Source of the DNA: Vulcanimicrobiaceae bacterium
GTDB taxonomy: Bacteria > Vulcanimicrobiota > Vulcanimicrobiia > Vulcanimicrobiales > Vulcanimicrobiaceae
Reading direction: 5' to 3'
DNA length: 35,818 nucleotides
NCBI GenBank assembly: GCA_046262595.1
Contig: JBHEMM010000012.1
Coordinates: 407 to 36,224 of the forward strand
Shown: one piece after another, positions 26,390-35,545 of the stretch
Numbering within the stretch: the stretch's first letter is position 1
How the letters are laid out: each line of letters starts with the position of its first letter
Translations under genes and position numbers: made by a program
The notes under the pieces: generated by a model
The model's input: only the letters and a program-made list of their open reading frames with translations
Database searches by the model: none
Told to the model about the DNA's origin: nothing

Positions 26390-27841
26390 TTGGACGTTGC
26401 TGCGCTGCTGGCGCGTTGGCCCTCGCTGCATCCGCGCGTCCGGGTAGTGGCCATCGGCGCTGCGGCGTTTGCAATCGTTGCAGTCGTCACGATGGCCGTC
26501 GTGACGCAAACGCAGCGCGCCGCGCTGTTCGCAGCCCCGCTGCACAGCGAGCAGCTCGCCGAGGTGCAGGAGCGCTTGGCAAGCTGGAATATTGCGTTTA
26601 CGCCGCTTGCCGACAACGTGCTCGTCGATGCCGGGCGGCGCAACGACTTGCTGCTCAAACTCTCGCTGGCGGGTGTGCCCCACGCGCATGTCGAGGACAG
26701 CAGTGAAATGCTCGGTAAAGTCGGCGCGCTGACGCCGCAAGAAGTGATCGACGCACAGACGCGCGAGGGCTTGGCCGGCGACATCGCGCTCGGATTGCGC
26801 GGAATTCAAGGCGTGCAGGACGCTACGGTGATCGTTGCGCCCGCAAAAACGGGCTCCTTCGCCGACGAGCAAAGCCGCGACGCCAGCGCCAGCGTGCGGT
26901 TGCGCACGAGCGCCGGCGCAGCGCTCTCGCCCGATGCCGTCGCGGGCGTGCGCGCCTTCGTTGCGGCGAGCGTTCCCGGTTTGACGGCCCGCAACGTGAC
27001 GATCGTTGACGACAGCGGAACCGCGCTCGATGAAAACACTGCGGGCGGCAGCGAAAACGACTTGCAGCGCTCGCTCCAGTCGGCGCTCGATGCGGCGCTC
27101 GGAGCGGGCAGCGCGATCGTCCGCGTGCACGTCGAATACGATCGGCGCGCGATCACCAGCAAGGACGTGCGCCGCTCGCCGCTCGGCAGTTTACCGATCG
27201 GGGCGGCGATGCAAGACGAACGCTTCGCGGGCGAAGGCAAACGCTATGACCGCTCGGCGCGCCAGCTCGATCGCGGCAGCGACACGCGCGAGAGCGTGGC
27301 GACTCTCGAGAGCGCCCGTGTTGCGCGCATAAGCGCCGCCGTTGTCGTCGACGCGGCGCGCGGCGCCGATCTGGCGCAAGTTCGTGCTCTTTCGGCCGCC
27401 GCACTGGGCCTCGATCGCACGCGCGGCGATTCGCTCGACGTCGAAGCGGTGGCTTTTGCGCGCACGCGGCCCACGCAGAAAGACGGATGGTGGCTCGCGT
27501 ACGGCGCGATCGTTCCGCTGCTGCCTACCGTTGTGATCAGCATTGCGCTGCTGATTGCGTTGCGCTGGAGCCGCGAGCCGCTGCGCATGGTGCTGCGTTC
27601 GCTGCGAACCGCGCATACGGCGCGCGCCGTCCGCGGCATTGCGCCCGAGGCGGTCAAAGGCGCGCTGCGCGGCGAACCGCCGTACGCCGCCGCAGCGATC
27701 ATCAGCGCGCTGCCTGCCGCGACGGCGGCGGCAGTCCTGGACCTGTATCCGCAATCCGAACGTGGAGCGATCATCCGGCGCATGCAGCGGCCCCCCTCGC
27801 CGCTCTTCCCCGACGCCGAGCGCTTTATCGCCGATGCCTGA
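26390..27841 (+). CDS. fliF: FliF-like MS-ring protein with a C-terminal FliG-middle-domain-like extension
   Basis: N-terminal TM, ASASV.L, VAASVPGL...NVTIVD..G, IVRVHVEYD, RISAAVVVD, LD.TRGD.L.V, second TM, then GEPPYAAAAIISALP...AAVL..YP...R..IIRRM. Confidence 0.85.
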   Translation: MDVAALLARWPSLHPRVRVVAIGAAAFAIVAVVTMAVVTQTQRAALFAAPLHSEQLAEVQERLASWNIAFTPLADNVLVDAGRRNDLLLKLSLAGVPHAHVEDSSEMLGKVGALTPQEVIDAQTREGLAGDIALGLRGIQGVQDATVIVAPAKTGSFADEQSRDASASVRLRTSAGAALSPDAVAGVRAFVAASVPGLTARNVTIVDDSGTALDENTAGGSENDLQRSLQSALDAALGAGSAIVRVHVEYDRRAITSKDVRRSPLGSLPIGAAMQDERFAGEGKRYDRSARQLDRGSDTRESVATLESARVARISAAVVVDAARGADLAQVRALSAAALGLDRTRGDSLDVEAVAFARTRPTQKDGWWLAYGAIVPLLPTVVISIALLIALRWSREPLRMVLRSLRTAHTARAVRGIAPEAVKGALRGEPPYAAAAIISALPAATAAAVLDLYPQSERGAIIRRMQRPPSPLFPDAERFIADA

Positions 27842-28319
27842 AACGTTTCGTACGTTTGCCGAACTTTTGCGTCCCGTTTGCGCGCCCGCCGAAGAAACGA
27901 TTGCGCCAACGCCGCAGCCATGCGCGCAGCCGGACGATGCGCTTGAGGAAAGCGATCTCGCATGCGACGGCGTCCTGCGCGAGTACCGCCTCTTCCGGGC
28001 GCAGCTTTCGCAAGCGCTCGAAAGCGCGTTTCTCATGCTTTTGAACGATATTGCGGCGGACGTGCTCGGGCGCGAGCTGCAGCTGCAGGAGCCGGAGTTG
28101 CAAAAGATTCTGCGCAGCGCGCTCGCGCGTTTCGCGCAGGATGAGCCGCAGCGCATTCGCGTCCATCCGGCCGATCGCAGCGCACTCGTTTTGCCGGTGC
28201 CCGTGGAAGCCGATGAGTCGCTGCGGCGCGGCGATGCGATTCTGGAGATGCGTTTCGGCCACGTCGATGCGCGCCTCGGCGTTCGTCTCGCGGCGGTGCT
28301 GGACGCGTACGCGCAATGA
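27834..28319 (+). CDS. fliH: FliH/SctL-like stator-stalk protein (short)
   Basis: IA..VLGREL, IRVHPAD, DESLRRGD.ILE..FG.VDARL. Confidence 0.82.
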   Translation: MPETFRTFAELLRPVCAPAEETIAPTPQPCAQPDDALEESDLACDGVLREYRLFRAQLSQALESAFLMLLNDIAADVLGRELQLQEPELQKILRSALARFAQDEPQRIRVHPADRSALVLPVPVEADESLRRGDAILEMRFGHVDARLGVRLAAVLDAYAQ

Positions 28320-29458
28320 TCGCTTACGGAACTGTCGCCGGCGCGCAGAACGGCTTGCTGCGCGTGCGTTTGCCGGGGGCGCGCGTGGGCCAAGCCATTG
28401 CCGTGCGCACCGATGCCGGAGAAATCGACGCGCTGATCACGGCGCTGGACGAGTGCGGTGCGTTAGCGTCCGCGATGCAGGGCATTGACGGGATCCGCAC
28501 GGGCGCCGCCGTGCGCAGCTGCGGGCGCGATACGCGAACCGCGTTGCCGCGCGCGCCCCTTCCCTCGGAGCGGCATCCGCTGACCGACCCGCTTTGGACG
28601 GGCGTGCGCGTCATTGATGCGCTGCTCACTATTGCGCGCGGCGCCCGTGTGGGTATTTTCGGGCCGCCCGGCGCCGGAAAATCGACGCTGCTGCACGCCA
28701 TTGCCGCGAACGCGCGCGCCGACGCTGCGGTGATCGCGCTGGTTGGCGAACGCGGACGCGAAGCCGAAGAATGGATGCGCGCTGCCCCTGCGCATGCGAC
28801 GGTGTTGTGTGCCACCGGCGACCGTCCGGCGGCGCGCCGCATTGCGTGCGCGAGTGAGGCGATGGCCAAGGCGAGCGAACTGCGCCGCCGCGGCCTGCAC
28901 GTGCTTCTTATTGTGGACAGTCTCGCGAGGTACGCCAACGCGCTGCGCGAACGCGCCGTCGCAAGCGGTGAGACGTGCGGACGCGGTGGCTATCCGCCGG
29001 GCGTCTTCGCGCAGCTCGCGCGCTATACCGAGATTGCCGGGAGCGCGCAGGGCGGATCGATGACCCTCATCGCCAGCGTGCTTTCCGACGGCGACGACCG
29101 CGATCCGGTCAGTGAGGCGGTGCGCTCGCTGCTCGACGGCCATTGGCAGCTGTGCCCGCGTCTCGCGCAAGCCGGCCATTTCCCCGCAATCGACGTGCTG
29201 CAAAGCGTCAGCCGGACGATGCCGCAGGTCGCATCATCAGAGCATCTGGGCAACGCGCAAACCGTGCGGGCCGGTATCGCGCTGCTGGCACGGAGCGCTG
29301 ATGCGCGCTCGCTCGGCCTGCTTCCTGCGGACGATGCGACGCGCCGCGCAGCGCAGGCGGAAGAGGCGGTCACTGCTTTTTTGCGCCAAGGCGGCCAGGC
29401 GGAACGGCCCGCGGCGGCGCTATCGGCGCTGGCCGCCCTTGCCGATACCTTGAGGTGA
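28316..29458 (+). CDS. fliI: FliI/SctN type III export ATPase (internally shortened)
   Basis: TGVRVIDALL, Walker A GPPGAGKST, LVGERGRE, Walker B LLIVDSLAR, GYPP, LDGH, FPAIDVLQSVSR. Confidence 0.9.
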   Translation: MIAYGTVAGAQNGLLRVRLPGARVGQAIAVRTDAGEIDALITALDECGALASAMQGIDGIRTGAAVRSCGRDTRTALPRAPLPSERHPLTDPLWTGVRVIDALLTIARGARVGIFGPPGAGKSTLLHAIAANARADAAVIALVGERGREAEEWMRAAPAHATVLCATGDRPAARRIACASEAMAKASELRRRGLHVLLIVDSLARYANALRERAVASGETCGRGGYPPGVFAQLARYTEIAGSAQGGSMTLIASVLSDGDDRDPVSEAVRSLLDGHWQLCPRLAQAGHFPAIDVLQSVSRTMPQVASSEHLGNAQTVRAGIALLARSADARSLGLLPADDATRRAAQAEEAVTAFLRQGGQAERPAAALSALAALADTLR

Positions 29459-30024
29459 AAGCGATGGACATTTTCAACGATATCGCGGCCGTCACGCGCC
29501 GCATCGCCGAGATCACCGGTCAGCCTGCCGCAGCGCCCTCCGCCGCGGCCGGCGACTTTTCGGGCATGGTCTCGTCGGCGATGGGCGACGGCGCGCCGCC
29601 GCTCGCGCCGACGCAGGGACCGAATGTGATTCCGCCGCCGCAAATCAACACGATGGTGGACATCAATGCCGGCCAGTTCGGCGTCGATCCCGCGCTCATC
29701 AAAGCCATTATGGTGAACGAATCGGGTTTCGACTCCAACGCGACCTCGAAGACGGGCGCGCAAGGTTTGATGCAACTCGAACCGGAGACCGCCGCCGGCT
29801 TGGGTGTAGACAACGCCTACGATCCGGCGCAGAATATTTCTGGGGGGACGCGTTACATTCGCAGCCTCCTCGAGCGTTTCCATGGTGACCTGCGTTTGGC
29901 GATTGCGGCATACAACGCGGGGCCGGGGGCGGTCGAAAAATACGGCGGTGTTCCACCTTATGCGGAAACTCAGAATTACGTTCAAAACGTGCTGGCGAGC
30001 TACCGGCAGTACAAAGCACCATAG
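29455..30024 (+). CDS. Soluble lytic transglycosylase (SLT domain)
   Basis: VDPALIKAI..NESGF, GAQGLMQL, AAYNAGPG, PPYAETQNYV. Confidence 0.93.
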   Translation: MKAMDIFNDIAAVTRRIAEITGQPAAAPSAAAGDFSGMVSSAMGDGAPPLAPTQGPNVIPPPQINTMVDINAGQFGVDPALIKAIMVNESGFDSNATSKTGAQGLMQLEPETAAGLGVDNAYDPAQNISGGTRYIRSLLERFHGDLRLAIAAYNAGPGAVEKYGGVPPYAETQNYVQNVLASYRQYKAP

Positions 30025-31621
30025 CGCGCTTGCGCTGCTAAGCGCACTGGCTTTCTTCGCTTGCGCGTTGCCGGCGCCGGCGCAAACCGCAACACCGGCC
30101 GCAGCCGCAGCCGCAACGCTTGCAAGCGTGCTTGCCGCCCGCACCGCCGCGCTCAAAGCGCTGCACGTGCGCGCGCCGCAATCGCTGCAGGTGATGGGCA
30201 CGATTGAAGGCGCGGGTTTGGGCGGGCGCTTTCATAGTTGGTCTTCCCCGCGCGGACAGCGCTACGATCAGACGATCGGCACGCGGCTGCAAAGCACATA
30301 CCGCACGGCCGGCGGCCGCCTCTTCGCCGTTGACGAAAACGCAAACGTGCGGGAGATGCGCGGCTTGATGCTGCAGCGCCAAATCACGGGCGACTTTATC
30401 GACCAAGAGGGCTTTGCGGCGGCGCCGCAGTTCGACACGTTCAACGGTCCGCTGAAACTCGCCGATGGACGGCAGGCGTATGCGATCGAAGTGCAGCCGA
30501 AAGGCGGTTTGCCCGAAGAGATCGATCTCGATGCAAAAACATGGATGATCGATCGCATCAGCTACGACGAATCCGACGGCATCAGCAGCGCCGACTTTTA
30601 CGATTACAAAACCTATCAAGGCGCGCTGGTTGCGCTCCGCGAGATCGATTCCAACGGCGATCGGCCGTTCGATTTGACGCGCACGGCCGTGCGCATCGTC
30701 GTGGACGGCAGCATTCCGCCCGCCGTGTTCGACGTTCCGAAGAATAACGAGATCGTTACCGATGTGCCGGTGACGGTACCGCTCGCCGATCATCAGGGCC
30801 ACTATTACACCAAAGTGAGCATCCATGGGCATCCGTACACGTTTTTAGTGGATACGGGCGCGCAAGCGATCGTTTTGGATACGCACGTGGCGAAGGACTT
30901 GGGATTGGTTCCCGAAGGCAAGCTCGAGGTTTACGGCGCGCAGCGCATAGGCGGCTTGGGAATCGCCGCGCTCGATGCGATGCAGATCGGTTCCGCCACA
31001 CTGCCGCTCAAATCCGTGAGCGTGCTCGATCTGCGCAACGTCACCGGCAATACGTTTGAAGCGGACGGCGTGCTCGGCTATCCGTTTTTTGCCTCCGCCG
31101 AAGTGCAGGTCGACGCCGCGAATCATACGATGACGTTCGGACGGCCGGGAAGCTTGCACGCCGCCGGTTCGACGATTCCAATCGACGTCGACCGCGAGCT
31201 GATCGAAATGCAGGGGCGCGTCAACGGCGTGCGCGGACGCTTCGTGCTGGACACCGGCAACAGCGGCGAGCTGCTGCTGTTCGCTCCGTTTATGCGCGCG
31301 CATCCCAACCTGCTGCCGCCGCAGGATCATGCCTTCGCGAATAGTTTCGGCGTAGGCGGCGCTGCGCAAGCGATGTCGGCGTTCGTCGACGAACTGGACA
31401 TGAGCGATTTCCGCTTCTTCAACCGCTACTCGAATTTAATGCTCTCCAGCCAGGGCGCGTTCGCGGACCGCTTCGACGCCGGCAACATCGGCATGGGGGT
31501 CTTGCGCAACCTGGTCGTCACGTTCGACGTCGCGAACGCGCACGCGTATGCCTCGCAGTCCAACGCCTTCGACGACGGACGCTACCGCTCGCGACCCGAA
31601 ACGTCCACATTTCCGAAGTAA
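29960..31621 (+). CDS. Exported retropepsin-like aspartyl protease with tandem protease domains (start uncertain)
   Basis: Signal peptide; FLVDTGA...DGVLG and FVLDTGN...GNIGM. Confidence 0.8.
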   Translation: MRKLRITFKTCWRATGSTKHHSALALLSALAFFACALPAPAQTATPAAAAAATLASVLAARTAALKALHVRAPQSLQVMGTIEGAGLGGRFHSWSSPRGQRYDQTIGTRLQSTYRTAGGRLFAVDENANVREMRGLMLQRQITGDFIDQEGFAAAPQFDTFNGPLKLADGRQAYAIEVQPKGGLPEEIDLDAKTWMIDRISYDESDGISSADFYDYKTYQGALVALREIDSNGDRPFDLTRTAVRIVVDGSIPPAVFDVPKNNEIVTDVPVTVPLADHQGHYYTKVSIHGHPYTFLVDTGAQAIVLDTHVAKDLGLVPEGKLEVYGAQRIGGLGIAALDAMQIGSATLPLKSVSVLDLRNVTGNTFEADGVLGYPFFASAEVQVDAANHTMTFGRPGSLHAAGSTIPIDVDRELIEMQGRVNGVRGRFVLDTGNSGELLLFAPFMRAHPNLLPPQDHAFANSFGVGGAAQAMSAFVDELDMSDFRFFNRYSNLMLSSQGAFADRFDAGNIGMGVLRNLVVTFDVANAHAYASQSNAFDDGRYRSRPETSTFPK

Positions 31622-31652
31622 CGCGGTAACATCCGCCCGCTACGCTGGGCGC
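31619..31652 (+). promoter_or_regulatory. Conserved upstream motif, copy 1
   Basis: TAACGCGGTAACATCCGCCCGCTACGCT-N6-ATG. Confidence 0.7.
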
Positions 31653-32195
31653 ATGACGATCACCGAGCATCTGCAGTTCAACGTCTTGAGCGCGCCGCTC
31701 GCCCAGGCCGACCGCCGCGCGCTCTCGCAGGCATGGTACTCCGCACTGTATGGCGAGCGCCAAGGCGGCGTTTCGGTCGCGCACCGCTCTCCCGTGACCG
31801 CCGCGTCTGGCGCCGGACGGCGTGCACCGCGCGCGCAGAGCGCAGCGGCACCGGCGTCCGCTTCTTGCGAGGCGCCCAAACGCAACGCCGCTGCGCAATC
31901 TGCCGTCCGGGGCGCCGCCCCCGACCGCCGCGCGGGGCGCTCCGCGCTTGCGCGCAAGATCGAACAAACGCTGCTGCGCCCGCACGTTCGCGTAAAGAAC
32001 GCCACGTTCGTCTTGGCACAAGGCCGTGCGCGCGTGCATATCGTCCTTCGTACGCAAGGCGCGCGCGTGCTGCTCATCGCGCTTTGCCCGCAGCGCGAGC
32101 GCGATTGCGTGTCGCGCGCGCTGGCGCAGGCGCGCTTTGCGTTGGCGGCGCGAGGCGTCGCGCTGCAAACGCAGTTGGAGGAGGCGAGCCCGTGA
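31653..32195 (+). CDS. FliK C-terminal (hook-length-control/SctP-like) domain protein, divergent
   Basis: Low-complexity Ala/Arg/Pro linker, then beta-beta-beta-alpha pattern ending ALAQARFALAARGVAL; position after fliI and before a rod/hook gene. Confidence 0.5.
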   Translation: MTITEHLQFNVLSAPLAQADRRALSQAWYSALYGERQGGVSVAHRSPVTAASGAGRRAPRAQSAAAPASASCEAPKRNAAAQSAVRGAAPDRRAGRSALARKIEQTLLRPHVRVKNATFVLAQGRARVHIVLRTQGARVLLIALCPQRERDCVSRALAQARFALAARGVALQTQLEEASP

Positions 32196-32872
32196 TGATC
32201 TCCGATGCCTCCACGCGCGCGCTCGATACGGTCGCGCAGCGCGAACGCGAGGTGCTCGCGGATTTTGTGCCCGAAACGATCGCCAAGAGGTCGCAGCTGC
32301 CGCTGCGCGCGCCTTCCGGATCCTATTTCGTGAGCGGGGACCCGCAGCAGCGGCTCTATTCGCACGACGCAACGTTGAGCTTGCGCAAGGGCGAGCTGGT
32401 CGATCAAGACGGACGCCGGGCGCTGGGGTATGCGCGTCCGGGCGCGCCGCTCGACGTTTTGCGCGCGGATCCGCTTGACGTCGCGCTCGGCTTTACGGCT
32501 TCGCTGCGCGTCGCTTCCGACGGAAGCGTGTTGTACGATCGCTGGAGCATCGATCCGAAAACCGGCATGCGCGAACCGTACACGACGAGCATCGGTTCGC
32601 TCGCGGTTGCGCGCTTCTCGAGCGCGCTGCAGTTGCAAACGCATGGGAGCGCGGCGTTCAGCGCACCGGCGGGCGCCGTTCCGCATACGGGTACGGCGAA
32701 CGCTGACGGCTTCGGCGCACTCGAAACGCTCGGCGACCCGCAGACGCCCCGCGTCGATGCCGACCTGCGTTTGATCCGCTTGCAGGAAGCCTATCTCGCA
32801 TTGGACGCGTTGCGTTCCGCCGGCAAAGCGCAGAGCTCGCTCGACAAGACGGCGATGGATCTGCTGAAGTGA
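32192..32872 (+). CDS. Divergent flagellar rod/hook (FlgE/F/G-family) protein
   Basis: SGSYFV...LYSHDATLSLRKGELVDQDG..ALG, IGSLAVARF, VD....LIRLQEAY; SD GGAGGAGG. Confidence 0.7.
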   Translation: MMISDASTRALDTVAQREREVLADFVPETIAKRSQLPLRAPSGSYFVSGDPQQRLYSHDATLSLRKGELVDQDGRRALGYARPGAPLDVLRADPLDVALGFTASLRVASDGSVLYDRWSIDPKTGMREPYTTSIGSLAVARFSSALQLQTHGSAAFSAPAGAVPHTGTANADGFGALETLGDPQTPRVDADLRLIRLQEAYLALDALRSAGKAQSSLDKTAMDLLK

Positions 32873-33633
32873 ACGTGCTCTGCTTCGAAGAAAATGTGCA
32901 CGTCACGGGCGGCCGGCGCATCCGGCGCGCGCATTTCGAGCGCCGTCCGGCACTCACTCTGAGCGCCGCTTCAGTGGTTGCGAACGCCGTGCGCGAAACA
33001 CTCGCTCCGCTTTTGCGGCAGACCCCCGGGGTGCGGTTGTTCGAACCGCTCGCGCCCGCGCCCAACGCGTGGAGCATCCTCGTATCGCGGTCAAGCGTGT
33101 TTCGCGCGCGTGGAGCGCGCACGGAAGCAGCGTTCGTCCTGCGGCCTGACGATGCGCTGGCACTCGCCGCGTCCGCATTCGGTGAGAAGGCACCCGCGCC
33201 GCGCGCCCTTTCCGGCTGCGAACACGCGGTATTGGAACGCGCGATGAGCGCGCTGCTTCCGGCGCTCGCGCCGCTTTGCGGCCCCGATGTGCGCGCTTGC
33301 ACGGGGAGCGGAACAGCATTTTCGGCCTACTTCGAGATCGTCATTGCCGCGTCGTCAACGTTCCGTTTGGGCGTCGCCGTTGCGGTGGATGCCGCGCCGG
33401 CAGCCGCCGGCACGCTGCGCTTAGCCGATTTGGAGGCCGTTCCAGTCGAGCTGACGGCCGAGCTGGCGCGCGGGAGCATATCGGCAAACGACGTTCTGGC
33501 CTTACGTCCGGGCGTGCTCGTGCCGATGATGACTAAGATAGGAGAGCGCGGCTGCCTTTTGCTGGGCGGCCGTGTCCTGGCGCGCGGCGCGTGCGGCGCG
33601 CTTGGCGAGCGTCATGCAATGCTGGTGGAATGA
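32869..33633 (+). CDS. Divergent FliM/SctQ-like C-ring protein (C-terminal SpoA domain)
   Basis: [13 protein letters not shown]...[15 protein letters not shown]; upstream of fliN. Confidence 0.7.
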   Translation: MNVLCFEENVHVTGGRRIRRAHFERRPALTLSAASVVANAVRETLAPLLRQTPGVRLFEPLAPAPNAWSILVSRSSVFRARGARTEAAFVLRPDDALALAASAFGEKAPAPRALSGCEHAVLERAMSALLPALAPLCGPDVRACTGSGTAFSAYFEIVIAASSTFRLGVAVAVDAAPAAAGTLRLADLEAVPVELTAELARGSISANDVLALRPGVLVPMMTKIGERGCLLLGGRVLARGACGALGERHAMLVE

Positions 33634-33914
33634 TGATGATGGAACACAAGAAGAACGGGCTGACGGCGGACCAGCAAAACCTGGATCTGCTTATGAACGT
33701 TCCGCTGCAGATAACGGCGGAACTGGGCAAATGCAAGATGCCCGTTTCGGATATTCTCAAGCTCGGCACGGGCTCCGTCGTCGAACTCGACCGGCTCGCC
33801 GGCGGACCGGTGGACTTGCTCGTGAACAGCAAGCTCGTCGCGCGCGGCGAGGTGGTTGCCATCGATGAAAATTTCGGCGTGCGCGTCACCGAACTGATTC
33901 AGAAACCCGGCTGA
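33630..33914 (+). CDS. fliN: Flagellar switch protein FliN
   Basis: [51 protein letters not shown]. Confidence 0.94.
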   Translation: MMMMEHKKNGLTADQQNLDLLMNVPLQITAELGKCKMPVSDILKLGTGSVVELDRLAGGPVDLLVNSKLVARGEVVAIDENFGVRVTELIQKPG

Positions 33915-33916
33915 CA

Positions 33917-33950
33917 TAACGCGGCAACATCCGTGCGCTACGCTTGCGCT
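33917..33950 (+). promoter_or_regulatory. Conserved upstream motif, copy 2
   Basis: TAACGCGGCAACATCCGTGCGCTACGCT-N6-ATG. Confidence 0.7.
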
Positions 33951-34607
33951 ATGGATGGACTGCTCGCAATCGCCAATCACGCGCGTGCCACGCTGCCGCT
34001 CGACGTCTTAGCGGCACTCACCCTGCTCTCAATCGCTCCCTTCGTGCTCGTGATGTCCACCTCGTTCGTGCGCATCGTGGTCGTGCTCTCGATCGTGCGT
34101 TCGGCAATCGGGGCGGCTGCGCTGCCTCCGAACACGGTTTTGACGGGGCTTGCGCTCATGCTCACGCTCGCGATTATGTCGCCCGCGCTCACGCGCATCA
34201 ACGAGCAGGCAGTGCAGCCGTATGCGCGCGGCGCGCTCTCGCAGTCGCAGTTCGTCACCCGGGCCGCCGCGCCGCTGCGCGAGTTCATGCTGCGCCAGAC
34301 GCATCTGGCCGACCTCGCGCTGTTCGAGCGCGTCGCCCGGCGGCCGTCGGAGGCGCCCGCGCACGCGCCGCTGAGCGTGGTGGTTCCGGCGTTTGTCGTC
34401 GGCGAACTGCGCGATGCATTTGCGATAGGACTCGCGCTGTATCTGCCGTTCGTCGCTATCGATCTAGCAGTCGCCTCGATTTTGATGGGCCTGGGCATGT
34501 TCATGCTCAGTCCGCCGGTGATTTCGCTGCCCGCGAAGTTGCTGCTATTCGTTATGGTGGACGGGTGGGCGCTCGTCTGCGGAGGCCTTGCAAGCTCGTT
34601 TAGATAA
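33951..34607 (+). CDS. fliP: Export gate protein FliP/SctR
   Basis: TSFVRIVVVLS..R.A.G...PPN.VL.GLAL, PAF..GEL..AF.IG, LPF..IDL, GMFMLSP, KLLLFVMVDGW. Confidence 0.93.
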   Translation: MDGLLAIANHARATLPLDVLAALTLLSIAPFVLVMSTSFVRIVVVLSIVRSAIGAAALPPNTVLTGLALMLTLAIMSPALTRINEQAVQPYARGALSQSQFVTRAAAPLREFMLRQTHLADLALFERVARRPSEAPAHAPLSVVVPAFVVGELRDAFAIGLALYLPFVAIDLAVASILMGLGMFMLSPPVISLPAKLLLFVMVDGWALVCGGLASSFR

Positions 34608-34617
34608 CGTGCGCCGC

Positions 34618-35514
34618 ATGCGCATCACGCACGCGCTGGCGACGCAGCGGCCGTTTTTCTCGTTCGAGTTTTTTCCGCCGCGTACGGACGAAGCACACCG
34701 CCACCTGCTCGAGGCCGCGTGGACGCTGCGCGCGCTGCGGCCTGCATTTGTTTCGGTGACGTACGGCGCGGGCGGCTCCACGCGCGCCCGCACGATTGAA
34801 GTTTCGAAGCAGATGCAAAGCGAGATCGGGTTAAACGTGATGGCGCACGTGACGTGCTCGGGTTCCTCACGCGCCGACCTGCGCGGCGTGCTCAACGATT
34901 TGGAAGCCGCCGGGATTCAAAACGTGCTTGCATTACGCGGCGATCCGCCCAAGGATGCGGCCGCATTCGAACCCGCGGCAAACGGTTTTTCCTACGCGAA
35001 CGAACTCGTCGCGATGCTCAAGCGGAACTACCGGTTCTGCATCGGCGGCGCGTGTTATCCGGAGAAACATATCGAAGCGGCCAGCTTTGCGGACGACCTG
35101 CAGTATCTCAAAATGAAGGTCGATGCCGGCGCCGAGTTCTTGATCACGCAGCTGTTCTTCGATAACGATAAATATTTTGCGTTCGTCGAGAAAGTGCGGC
35201 GCGCCGGCGTGAGGGTGCCGGTGCTGCCGGGCATCATGCCGATCACGAATTTCGAGCAGATCCGGCGTTTCACCGCGATGTGCGGCGCGACGGTGCCGCC
35301 GAAACTGCTCGCGGAGCTGGAAGCGCGTCGAGACGATCCGGAAGCTATCCAAGATTTGGGCGTCGCATTCGCGACGCTTCAGGCGGCGGAGTTGCTCGCG
35401 CGCGGAGCGCCCGGCATTCATTTTTACACGCTGAACAAATCGCCCGCGACGCGCGCCATTGTCAGCGCGCTGCTTGCGGCAACCGCGTGGAGATCGTTCA
35501 CACCACGGCCGTAA
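34618..35514 (+). CDS. metF: 5,10-methylenetetrahydrofolate reductase
   Basis: FSFEFFPP, SVTYGAGGS, LALRGDPP, YPEKH, ITQLFFD, PGIMP, HFYTLN; TAACGT -10-like hexamer 7 nt before the ATG. Confidence 0.96.
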   Translation: MRITHALATQRPFFSFEFFPPRTDEAHRHLLEAAWTLRALRPAFVSVTYGAGGSTRARTIEVSKQMQSEIGLNVMAHVTCSGSSRADLRGVLNDLEAAGIQNVLALRGDPPKDAAAFEPAANGFSYANELVAMLKRNYRFCIGGACYPEKHIEAASFADDLQYLKMKVDAGAEFLITQLFFDNDKYFAFVEKVRRAGVRVPVLPGIMPITNFEQIRRFTAMCGATVPPKLLAELEARRDDPEAIQDLGVAFATLQAAELLARGAPGIHFYTLNKSPATRAIVSALLAATAWRSFTPRP

Positions 35515-35545
35515 GCCGGTAACAATCGGGCGTTACGCTAACGCC
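35512..35545 (+). promoter_or_regulatory. Conserved upstream motif, copy 3
   Basis: TAAGCCGGTAACAATCGGGCGTTACGCT-N6-ATG. Confidence 0.7.

Noticed and set aside
25091..27130. 679-aa minus-strand ORF
   Set aside because: Antisense shadow of DUF3810/flgB/flgC/fliE/fliF; Arg/Ala-rich with no motifs, as expected in high-GC DNA
25580..33633. Flagellar cluster as pseudogenes
   Set aside because: No internal stops or frameshifts seen; start/stop overlaps, catalytic motifs and upstream motifs are preserved
33630..33641. ATG run (ATGATGATGATG) at the fliN start as a phase-variable tract
   Set aside because: Triplet repeat that preserves frame; explained by stop/start overlap with the upstream gene
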